A stretch of 64,000 nt of DNA, taken from an uncultured virus (IMG/VR IMGVR_UViG_3300032250_000289) (lineage: Duplodnaviria; Heunggongvirae; Uroviricota; Caudoviricetes). This document shows, in pieces, positions 1-7,049 of the stretch. The stretch's first letter is position 1; each line of letters begins with the position of its first letter. Where the stretch lies: the IMG/VR virus record IMGVR_UViG_3300032250_000289; one strand, given 5' to 3'. The position numbers were made by a program, and so were the translations under genes. The notes under the pieces are model-generated. The model saw only the letters and a program-made list of their open reading frames with translations. It ran no database searches and was not told the DNA's origin.

Positions 1-122
1 AAGAACAAAAACTCCATGAAGCAAATGCTGGATATGGAGAAGATTATACTGATGGTAGGATTGTTGGTGGTGCTGCGTTGGCAAGAAGAATACTTGAAAT
101 TTTGAAAGATATCAGTTTGTAA
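1..122 (+). CDS. partial hypothetical protein (3' end)
   Basis: Open frame from window edge (EQKLHEANAGYGEDYTDGRIVGG...ISL) ending TAA at 120-122. Confidence 0.5.
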   Translation, partial: EQKLHEANAGYGEDYTDGRIVGGAALARRILEILKDISL

Positions 123-125
123 ACC

Positions 126-431
126 ATGAAACTATTACTATGCAAAACTTGTGGTGATGTATTTAACTTACAACTTCATACTAAGAGTTGTGGTTGTGGA
201 TTAGTCAGTGGAAAATATATTGACAATCTATACGCTGAATACTCTGGTGGTATTCCGATTGGTTTTAATAATCCGTCTTTGGCTAAAGCATTAAAGAATC
301 AACCGGAGAGCGGAATGGGCGAAAGGTTTGAGGCATTTATTATACCAAAAGTATGCCCCACTATGGTAGAACTGAGATTAGAAATGATTAAAAAATTATC
401 GGAACTTGACCAAGAGTTAGGATTTCAATGA
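126..431 (+). CDS. hypothetical Cys-rich (zinc-ribbon-like) phage protein
   Basis: CKTCGD and SCGCG motifs, 101 aa. Confidence 0.6.
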   Translation: MKLLLCKTCGDVFNLQLHTKSCGCGLVSGKYIDNLYAEYSGGIPIGFNNPSLAKALKNQPESGMGERFEAFIIPKVCPTMVELRLEMIKKLSELDQELGFQ

Positions 432-547
432 GCGAAGAACTACCAGATAGTAAAATTCCTTGGTTTGACAATGAGTACGAGGGAGTGTATAGTGATGATC
501 CAGAACATGGATACCCTTACGATATGGGAACTAAAGTACAGGAATAA
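428..547 (+). CDS. small acidic hypothetical protein (39 aa)
   Basis: ATGA overlap with upstream stop; MSEELPDSKIPWFDNEYEG..., fills the gap. Confidence 0.45.
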   Translation: MSEELPDSKIPWFDNEYEGVYSDDPEHGYPYDMGTKVQE

Positions 548-550
548 ATT

Positions 551-826
551 ATGAATGAAAATGCTACACCATTAGATGCTATACTTGATTTCGCTTTGAA
601 ATCTGGTGCCAGTTTATTTATTGTCAACAACGCCAAAGATGAACTAAAGAAATTGCGTGATGAAGTCGATAATCTTCATAGGCAACTTGACAAGCCATCA
701 GCATGGGCTAGAATAAACAAACGGGGAGACTTGTATGACCCTCGACTCTGTTTAAACCCATACATCAACACTCAGGAAATAGTCCCACTTTACGCATACA
801 GAAAAGGATATAACAATGAAACTTGA
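551..826 (+). CDS. hypothetical protein
   Basis: ORF with AGGA SD-like site, packed between neighbours. Confidence 0.65.
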   Translation: MNENATPLDAILDFALKSGASLFIVNNAKDELKKLRDEVDNLHRQLDKPSAWARINKRGDLYDPRLCLNPYINTQEIVPLYAYRKGYNNET

Positions 827-1022
827 AGTTTATAATATTGGTAGCAAGGTTAAGTTGGCAGAAGATGTTTATGGAACTATAGTTGCCATTGCTATTCATG
901 CGGATAATAATATTACATATGAATGCGGATGGTGGAATGGTCGATCTTATGATACACGATGGTTTCATGCTAGCGAGATCGAAGTTACTTTAGCTGAAAA
1001 GACTAAAATAGGCTTTGTTTGA
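816..1022 (+). CDS. small beta-barrel-like hypothetical protein (YodC/DUF2158-like)
   Basis: IGSKVKL...YECGWWNG...WFHASEI pattern. Confidence 0.55.
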   Translation: MKLEVYNIGSKVKLAEDVYGTIVAIAIHADNNITYECGWWNGRSYDTRWFHASEIEVTLAEKTKIGFV

Positions 1023-1024
1023 TA

Positions 1025-1507
1025 TCAAAGTTTATGATCGTATTCCCAATGACAATTAGGACAGAGAGGTAAAATATTACTTTCATGATTTATTTCTGAC
1101 AGCTTTGCGTCTAATGAAAATTCAGAAATAGGTTTAATATGAGCAATCTCTACATGTTTATTATAACCACACTTAACGCATTTGTTCATTCCAAGATTTT
1201 TTGCAATTAACCTTGCTCTAGATCGAACCAATGCAAATGCTGAAGATTTATGATGACTGTAATAGATTGCATCTTTTAACATATAATCATGTGGTTTTAA
1301 ATTCTGTATACATTCTGGACATTTTTTCCTACTTGAAAGTATAAGATTACTACATAATTCACACTGTTTTGTTTTTACTTTTCTTGGATTGTTTTTCGTA
1401 TTTAAACTATTAGAACAACTCCTAGAACAATAATGATTAGACGATCTTTTAATTTGCGCATTGGCTTTTTCAAAATTTTTACCACAATTTTTACACTGGA
1501 CATTCAT
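1025..1507 (-). CDS. HNH homing-type endonuclease with N-terminal zinc fingers
   Basis: CVKCG..VEIAHIKP...NILPLCPNCHWEYDH; CKNCGK and YCSRSC fingers; AAGGA SD; only convincing minus-strand gene. Confidence 0.85.
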   Translation of the reverse strand: MNVQCKNCGKNFEKANAQIKRSSNHYCSRSCSNSLNTKNNPRKVKTKQCELCSNLILSSRKKCPECIQNLKPHDYMLKDAIYYSHHKSSAFALVRSRARLIAKNLGMNKCVKCGYNKHVEIAHIKPISEFSLDAKLSEINHESNILPLCPNCHWEYDHKL

Positions 1508-1542
1508 AATTAGTTCCTTATAATATTAAGACGATAAATTTT

Positions 1543-1630
1543 GCCTGACTGTAGCCAGCACAAGCCTTCTAAGCTTGTACCATAAATTTGCTGGATGGAG
1601 GATAGGGTTCGATTCCCCAGTCGGGTACTA
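1543..1630 (+). tRNA. atypical tRNA-like RNA, anticodon TCT (Arg), D-arm absent, 9/3 acceptor/T-stem
   Basis: GCCTGACTG(1543-51)/CAGTCGGGT(1618-26) 9-bp stem; ACAAGC-CTTCTAA-GCTTGT anticodon arm; GGG-TTCGATT-CCC T arm; long extra arm. Confidence 0.7.
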
Positions 1631-1642
1631 ATACTTATACAC
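1629..1642 (-). promoter_or_regulatory. putative phage late promoter (GTGTAT core) facing the minus-strand HNH gene
   Basis: Reverse complement reads GTGTATAAGTATTA, matching the motif at 4119, 17981 and 48002. Confidence 0.45.
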
Positions 1643-1666
1643 ACTTTCGAGTCCATAGTGCCAGTT

Positions 1667-1813
1667 ATGAAAATACAATTAGTTAGCGTTGTTCATCGTG
1701 CAATATGTCCAACATTTGTGTATGACGATACAACTAGAATAATACTTTCGATTATAGGCATTACGCTAGGACTTATAGTTTTATGGAGAATATCAAGATA
1801 TTTTAATAACTAA
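1667..1813 (+). CDS. small membrane protein
   Basis: ATG 1667; hydrophobic IILSIIGITLGLIVLW (the longer ORF from 1595 overlaps the tRNA-like gene). Confidence 0.5.
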   Translation: MKIQLVSVVHRAICPTFVYDDTTRIILSIIGITLGLIVLWRISRYFNN

Positions 1814-1821
1814 CTAAACAT

Positions 1822-1835
1822 GTGTATATAACTGT
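1822..1835 (+). promoter_or_regulatory. putative phage late promoter (GTGTAT core)
   Basis: GTGTATATAAC 45 nt upstream of the thioredoxin ATG. Confidence 0.4.
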
Positions 1836-1866
1836 GATATTTATATACGCACTGGAGGGTTCTAGC

Positions 1867-2211
1867 ATGAAACATAATATAGCAGTTGTCCTTTTAATAT
1901 CATCACTAATATCAATGTCAACAGTGTTGGCATTCGAAAACAATAAACCAGAAAAAACACTACTAATATTTTCGGCAGAATGGTGCGGACCATGCAAGTT
2001 GGTTCACAAAGATTTAATAGAAGATAAAAACCTAAGCGAAGTAATCAAAAATTATAACATCATCGACGTAGACTATGACGTAGATACAGATTTAGTATCC
2101 GGCTATAACGTTAAGATAGTTCCAACATTTATCATTTACCAAGACGGTAAAGAATTAAAAAGACAGTCAGGGTATTCAAGTTCAAAAATATTATTCAACT
2201 TTCTAAAATAA
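1867..2211 (+). CDS. thioredoxin-family protein with signal peptide
   Basis: FSAEWCGPCK active site, VPTF cis-Pro motif; MKHNIAVVLLISSLISMSTVLA signal; GGAGGG SD before ATG 1867. Confidence 0.85.
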   Translation: MKHNIAVVLLISSLISMSTVLAFENNKPEKTLLIFSAEWCGPCKLVHKDLIEDKNLSEVIKNYNIIDVDYDVDTDLVSGYNVKIVPTFIIYQDGKELKRQSGYSSSKILFNFLK

Positions 2212-2212
2212 C

Positions 2213-2566
2213 GGGGGCGAAAGGTATCGACAGGTAAAAAGAAATATAAACTGCATTAACTGGTTGATCGGTTGGCCAGTATAAAAACCGATTAAAAATG
2301 TTAATTGGCGAAGTAACTCTCGCTCTCGCTGCCTAATTAATTAGGTACTGAGTGGGGCGACATGAGCCTTATTACCAAATCATGTTGACTCCGATAATCG
2401 GATATGGAAGTCTCACCAGACATAAACGAGACTGATGATTGTACTCAATCTGATTCAGATAATTCTGATAGTTTTGTCAGTAGTACAATAACAACTGAAT
2501 AATAATGTAGACGTTTATATCGATATTTACTCTGGACGCGGCTTTCGAATGCCGCCGCCTCCACCA
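2213..2566 (+). ncRNA. ssrA: tmRNA, tag peptide (A)GEVTLALAA
   Basis: 5' GGGGGCG pairs with 3' CGCCTCC-A-CCA including G3:U70; GCGGC-TTTCGAAT-GCCGC T arm; tag ORF 2307-2336 ending ALAA-stop; 354 nt. Confidence 0.93.
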
Positions 2567-2675
2567 TATTACTGTAGCACAGAAAAATTGAATGTCGCAA
2601 TGAGGTTTTGACGATATAACAAGTGGTGGGAAACGGATAGCCCACTCAATTGAGATGATTAATTAAGGAGGATTT

Positions 2676-2978
2676 ATGAAGTATGTTGCTATGGTTGCGA
2701 TTGCTCTAATGTCTAGTACTTTGTTTGCACAAGAAGTTTATTATTCTAGAACTTCTTATACTAATAATAGTACAGCGCAGGGTGTAGCTGAAATTCAAGC
2801 AAGGAATTGTAAAATGTCCCACATGGGAGGTAATACAGGATATGAGGGTGTAGGTTACTCTAGTAGAAGTTCAGACGATGCTATTAAAAACTGTTGCTAT
2901 TGGGGGAAGAGAAAACCAGTTGAGATAGGGGTTGCAAAAGGTCGAAACGGATGGTATGCTTGTGTTCGTTACAGATAA
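2676..2978 (+). CDS. secreted CAP/SCP-like small protein
   Basis: Signal peptide ending TLFA; MSHMGG..EGVG..CCYWG..EIGVAKG..WYACVRY; AAGGAGG SD. Confidence 0.6.
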   Translation: MKYVAMVAIALMSSTLFAQEVYYSRTSYTNNSTAQGVAEIQARNCKMSHMGGNTGYEGVGYSSRSSDDAIKNCCYWGKRKPVEIGVAKGRNGWYACVRYR

Positions 2979-2982
2979 TGAA

Positions 2983-3195
2983 ATGACGATGCTAGGCTAC
3001 CATATAGTTGCTGGTATCTTATTTATTTTTTTCTTAGGAGTAAGCAATATCGTTTATGATATTATTTATCATGAAGATGAGGACGAAGATGAAGAAATCT
3101 ATATTGAAGAATCAAAACAACCGATGGAAAACCTAGCAGAATTTGATAATGATTATGAATATAACTTAACTTTTAATTTAGGAGATTTACTATGA
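2983..3195 (+). CDS. hypothetical membrane protein with acidic tail
   Basis: TM IVAGILFIFFLGV followed by EDEDEDEE. Confidence 0.5.
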   Translation: MTMLGYHIVAGILFIFFLGVSNIVYDIIYHEDEDEDEEIYIEESKQPMENLAEFDNDYEYNLTFNLGDLL

Positions 3196-3407
3196 AGATT
3201 TTTATTCTAACCGTTGCTGCCGCTCTTTGCTGTGGCTCTAGTTTTGCTGGTGAGTGCGTAAATGGCAAGTGCAATCTACGCAGTCGCACAGTAACAGTAG
3301 CCCGTGAAGTTATTTCGGTGCCAGTTGAAGTAACTCGCCGCACAGTAGAGGCTACACGTAATATTGGCCGACGAACAGTTGCAAGGGTTCGCAGCGTTGT
3401 TCGTTGA
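3192..3407 (+). CDS. small secreted Arg-rich protein
   Basis: Signal peptide ..SSFA, ECVNGKC motif, Arg/Val-rich tail; AGGAG SD. Confidence 0.65.
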   Translation: MKIFILTVAAALCCGSSFAGECVNGKCNLRSRTVTVAREVISVPVEVTRRTVEATRNIGRRTVARVRSVVR

Positions 3408-3417
3408 TCAATAATAG

Positions 3418-3474
3418 GAAAAGATAATCCCCGATGCCTCTTAACAATGCACACTTTCGGGGATCTTTTCTTTT
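3418..3474 (+). terminator. terminator-like hairpin with large boxA-like loop
   Basis: ATCCCCGA(3427-34)/TCGGGGAT(3457-64) stem followed by CTTTTCTTTT; loop TGCCTCTTAACAATGCACACTT. Confidence 0.55.
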
Positions 3475-3508
3475 ATGCTAACAGCTTACCAAACAAGTAT
3501 AATACTAG

Positions 3509-3595
3509 GGCTGAATGGCAGAGTGGTCTAATGCATCTCATTACTAATGAGAAGAAGTCTAAAAGCTTCCTTGGGTTCGAATCCTAATTCAGCCG
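3509..3595 (+). tRNA. tRNA-Ser, anticodon ACT
   Basis: GGCTGAA/TTCAGCC acceptor, G73; TCTCA-TTACTAA-TGAGA anticodon arm; long variable arm GAAG/CTTC; TTGGG-TTCGAAT-CCTAA T arm; CCA not encoded. Confidence 0.88.
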
Positions 3596-3616
3596 AATGA
3601 TTAATAAGGAATAAAT

Positions 3617-4051
3617 ATGTTTAGTTTTTTCAAAAACATCAGACAGATAAATAATAATCTTAGACAGATAAAACGTACATTACAACAGATGAATATGCGA
3701 ATGATTCATCCAAGTTTAAAAGTGTTTAACATTCGCTCATTAATGAAAGATGGTGTGATTATGCTAGTTTATAATGTAACCGCTGGAGTTGTGGTAGATA
3801 AGGACGTTACAGAGCGTAGACTAACTGTAACAGTAAATGATGCCCCAGTTTCTACCAAGTCTTACGCTGCCGACGCAGTAGTTTTCGATGAGGTTGGTGT
3901 TAATCAGGGTGATAAGGTTGTTTTAACCCTTGTTGACGTTGACGATGCTGGGAATGTAAGCGAACCCGCAGTGTGCGAGTTTGTTGGAAATGATACCATT
4001 CCACCTGTAAAACCGGGGGAATTTGGCGTTGCTCTAGTTCGTGAAGTGTGA
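3617..4051 (+). CDS. hypothetical protein with Ig/FN3-like beta module
   Basis: VDDAGNVSEP...DTIPPVKPG motif typical of bacterial Ig-like repeats. Confidence 0.55.
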   Translation: MFSFFKNIRQINNNLRQIKRTLQQMNMRMIHPSLKVFNIRSLMKDGVIMLVYNVTAGVVVDKDVTERRLTVTVNDAPVSTKSYAADAVVFDEVGVNQGDKVVLTLVDVDDAGNVSEPAVCEFVGNDTIPPVKPGEFGVALVREV

Positions 4052-4064
4052 AGTTAGAAGGTAA

Positions 4065-4099
4065 GCGCGGTGGTAGGCATATTGCTTACCACCGTGTTT
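4065..4099 (+). terminator. intrinsic terminator-like hairpin
   Basis: CGCGGTGGTAGGCA-TAT-TGCTTACCACCGTG followed by TTT. Confidence 0.65.
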
Positions 4100-4118
4100 A
4101 TTCTACATAGCCATATAT

Positions 4119-4132
4119 GTGTATATATTATA
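4119..4132 (+). promoter_or_regulatory. putative phage late promoter (GTGTAT core)
   Basis: GTGTATATATTATA between a terminator and the trypsin gene. Confidence 0.5.
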
Positions 4133-4163
4133 TGGATTTCTTAACTCATCTTAAGGGCTATGT

Positions 4164-4934
4164 ATGAAATATCTAACACTATTGCTTAGTTTATTATGTT
4201 GCGTTGCTAATGCTGGAACCATAGACAAAAATATTCCAGACCATAAATATGTTGAATATGGCGATAAGCACCCATCAGTTGTAAAAATAGAAGGCAATTA
4301 TGATAATGAAAAAAGTACCTATTTTTACGCATCAGCAGTAATTATTAAACCAAGATGGTTTTTAACTGCCGCCCACGTAATTAAGGGTAGCAAAAATTGC
4401 AGAATTGTTGTGGGTGAAAAAACAATATCAACAGATTTTGTAGCACACCACGCACTATATCAAGAAAATGTATTTGGTAAATACGATATAGGTATAGGAC
4501 ACTTAGAAGAGGATGCAGAAATATCTTTCTATCCAGAACCATATACAAAAAATGATGAGATTGGTAAAATTTGCAGCATGGCTGGATATGGTATTACTGG
4601 AACATATCAAAGCACAGAAAGAAAAATTGATAACTTAAAAAGGGCGGGATCAAATATTATTGGATCTATAGACAGAGATCTATTGATATGCTCTTTAAAA
4701 GATATGCCTAAAACAGGCTTAGAATTTTTAATATGTCATGGAGATAGTGGTGGTGGACTATTTATAGATAAAAAATTAGCAGGAATCAACTCCTGCGTGT
4801 TCTCAGAAGATAAAAAATTAGATTCAAATATAGATGATTGGTCTGGACATACAAGGATAAGTATATTTGTTGATTGGGTTAAAACAGCAATGGACGCTAT
4901 AGAAAAAAAAATAGCAGAAAAAGCCAAACCATGA
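4164..4934 (+). CDS. secreted trypsin-like (S1) serine protease
   Basis: LTAAHV, YDIGI, GDSGGGL catalytic triad motifs; signal peptide. Confidence 0.9.
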   Translation: MKYLTLLLSLLCCVANAGTIDKNIPDHKYVEYGDKHPSVVKIEGNYDNEKSTYFYASAVIIKPRWFLTAAHVIKGSKNCRIVVGEKTISTDFVAHHALYQENVFGKYDIGIGHLEEDAEISFYPEPYTKNDEIGKICSMAGYGITGTYQSTERKIDNLKRAGSNIIGSIDRDLLICSLKDMPKTGLEFLICHGDSGGGLFIDKKLAGINSCVFSEDKKLDSNIDDWSGHTRISIFVDWVKTAMDAIEKKIAEKAKP

Positions 4935-5257
4935 TTTTTCAAAGACTGCTAAAGTTTTTCTTCACCAGTGACGATTATGGTGCTAGGTCATCACGTTGGC
5001 CTAAGATAAGGCAAGAACATTTAAATAATTATCCACATTGTGCAGCGTGTGGTAGAAATAAAAAACTTGAAGTTCACCACATAAAACCATTTCATTCTAA
5101 TCCAGACTTAGAATTAGATCCAAATAATTTGATTACATTATGTGACGATCCCTGTCATTTTTTGTTTGGTCACTTAATGAACTATAAGAGTTGGAACCCA
5201 AGTGTCATAAATGATTGTGAGATATATTATGATAAAATCAAAAATAGGCCACAATAA
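4931..5257 (+). CDS. HNH endonuclease
   Basis: CAACG..LEVHHIKPF..NLITLC..CHFLFGH. Confidence 0.85.
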   Translation: MIFQRLLKFFFTSDDYGARSSRWPKIRQEHLNNYPHCAACGRNKKLEVHHIKPFHSNPDLELDPNNLITLCDDPCHFLFGHLMNYKSWNPSVINDCEIYYDKIKNRPQ

Positions 5258-5349
5258 ACTTACTTTCTTTATTATTATTCTTGATGCTTTTTGTATTGGC
5301 TATATTATAGGTTTTTGTTCTACTTATTTTGGAATTCTGTAATTGCCAG

Positions 5350-5378
5350 TTGACAAAATACTTTGATCAAGGTATCAT
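5350..5378 (+). promoter_or_regulatory. sigma70-type promoter
   Basis: TTGACA-17-TATCAT. Confidence 0.65.
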
Positions 5379-5412
5379 ATTATGAAAGGATCGAACACAC
5401 TATAGAGAGATT

Positions 5413-5679
5413 ATGATGGAACTTAGAGAAATAATACGAAATAAAGAGTTGTCTTATCTAGAAAATAAATCTAAGATAAAAGCTTTACTTGCAGATGTGG
5501 GTTATGCAAATATGCTTACCTACATGATCGAAGACTTAGATAGGTATGACATTTTGGGTAATGAAGATTTGTGGGTATTGAGAATGGCAGAAAGCATAGA
5601 AGATGCTTATAATGTACTTGTGGGCAAGTACAAGGACGAGGACGGTATTGATAGCAAGGTAACAATAAATGAGAATTGA
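5413..5679 (+). CDS. hypothetical protein
   Basis: ORF downstream of promoter, overlaps next gene. Confidence 0.6.
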   Translation: MMELREIIRNKELSYLENKSKIKALLADVGYANMLTYMIEDLDRYDILGNEDLWVLRMAESIEDAYNVLVGKYKDEDGIDSKVTINEN

Positions 5680-6025
5680 TCATGCACTAAATGTTAAAGT
5701 TGGGGATCATTTACTAAATACATTTTTAGATGATGTTGTTGTAACCAGCGTTTATAAAGAAGGTGGAGTTATTGTATTTGGTACAGTTGATACAAGGCTA
5801 AGACAAACTGCCTACTCATACGATTATGTATACTTAGTAGATATTGGTCCAAATGATATTTCTGACGAAGAATCTAGTTTTATAAATTGGGCCAAAGAAA
5901 ACAGAGAAAGCGTAGAAGAACAACTAGAGAATCTGGATTTAATAAAACAGTCTTATATGCAGGGATTTGGCATGGGCTTTTCTTACAAAAAAATACTGTC
6001 CAGTGAGGAGTTAATGCAGAAATGA
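5669..6025 (+). CDS. hypothetical protein
   Basis: Coupled ORF, ATGA overlap with thyX. Confidence 0.6.
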   Translation: MRIDHALNVKVGDHLLNTFLDDVVVTSVYKEGGVIVFGTVDTRLRQTAYSYDYVYLVDIGPNDISDEESSFINWAKENRESVEEQLENLDLIKQSYMQGFGMGFSYKKILSSEELMQK

Positions 6026-6672
6026 GCTATGTAAAACTAATTAGTATAACTCCTGACGCAGAAAAACTTATGGCATATTGTGCTAGAGTATCAAATCCAA
6101 ACGGACAAAATAATGACAGTATTGCAAAACTCTTAAAGTATTGCATCGCTCATGAACACTGGAGTATTTTTGAGCAAGCATTTATGACTGTGGAGATTAA
6201 TACCACAAGAGGTATCGCAGCACAGATTCTTCGTCATCGTAGTTTTACATTTCAAGAATTTAGCCAAAGGTATGCAGACGCTACACTATTGTCAGAAGGT
6301 ATTCCACCGTTTGAATTAAGGCGACAGGATACTAAAAATCGTCAAAATAGTATTGATGATATATCCGATGAAATCAAAGTAAAATGGAACACTCAAATTC
6401 GTGAACATTTTGCAAAATCAAAAGCTATTTATGATGGTATGATATCTGATGGAATAGCTAAAGAATGTGCAAGGTTTGTATTGCCATTAGCAACTCCAAC
6501 AAGATTATACGTTAGCGGTTCAATAAGATCATGGATTCACTATATAAATCTACGATCTTCTCGTGGCACCCAAAAAGAACATATGGATATAGCAAATAGC
6601 GTTAAGAATATTTTCATTCAGCAATTGCCAGTTGTATCTCAAGCATTGGAGTGGAATAATGATCAAACTTGA
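6022..6672 (+). CDS. thyX: FAD-dependent thymidylate synthase
   Basis: HWSIFE and RHRSFTFQEFSQRY ThyX motif. Confidence 0.95.
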   Translation: MSYVKLISITPDAEKLMAYCARVSNPNGQNNDSIAKLLKYCIAHEHWSIFEQAFMTVEINTTRGIAAQILRHRSFTFQEFSQRYADATLLSEGIPPFELRRQDTKNRQNSIDDISDEIKVKWNTQIREHFAKSKAIYDGMISDGIAKECARFVLPLATPTRLYVSGSIRSWIHYINLRSSRGTQKEHMDIANSVKNIFIQQLPVVSQALEWNNDQT

Positions 6673-6958
6673 TATGTCTGAGAGTGATATTATTAGGGCG
6701 ATTAAAAATAGTACAAAATCCCCACTAGAATATCTTATCTCAAGACATTTTAAACAAGATATTCGTGATGTTGATGCTAATAAAGATGGTATAGTTATAT
6801 GGGAATATGATGCAGATGACTATATTTCATATAGATATTGTGAGGAAGATATATCAAAAATAGATAAGTTCGTTGATGAATGGGAAGATTTTGTAGATAA
6901 TTATACTGATGATTTTACCCTTGAACCGATAGCTTTCTGTGTCTACAAGAACGGCTAA
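6659..6958 (+). CDS. hypothetical acidic protein
   Basis: ATG 6659 overlapping thyX end. Confidence 0.6.
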   Translation: MIKLDMSESDIIRAIKNSTKSPLEYLISRHFKQDIRDVDANKDGIVIWEYDADDYISYRYCEEDISKIDKFVDEWEDFVDNYTDDFTLEPIAFCVYKNG

Positions 6959-6977
6959 AAATTTTTAAGTCTGCCGC

Positions 6978-7005
6978 TTGACAACGCCGATACATGGTGT
7001 AGAAT
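6978..7005 (+). promoter_or_regulatory. sigma70-type promoter for rIIA
   Basis: TTGACA-16-TAGAAT, spacer ACGCCGATAC... Confidence 0.7.
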
Positions 7006-7049
7006 CAAAGCACATTCAGTCACTTAGCACTTTTAGGAGATAACCAATT

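Noticed and set aside
1566..1572. Reading the tRNA-like anticodon as CTA (amber suppressor/Pyl)
   Set aside because: The stem fixes the 7-nt loop CTTCTAA, so the anticodon is TCT; TAG also ends several genes cleanly (e.g. 23965, 46314, 51334)
1595..1666. 5' extension of the ORF 1595-1813
   Set aside because: Overlaps the tRNA-like gene; ATG at 1667 is more plausible
2445..2645. Minus-strand 66-aa ORF
   Set aside because: Antisense to the tmRNA 3' end, no SD or recognisable motif
2590..2650. Small hairpins after tmRNA (GTGGG..CCCAC) as a riboswitch
   Set aside because: No recognisable aptamer consensus; too weak to call
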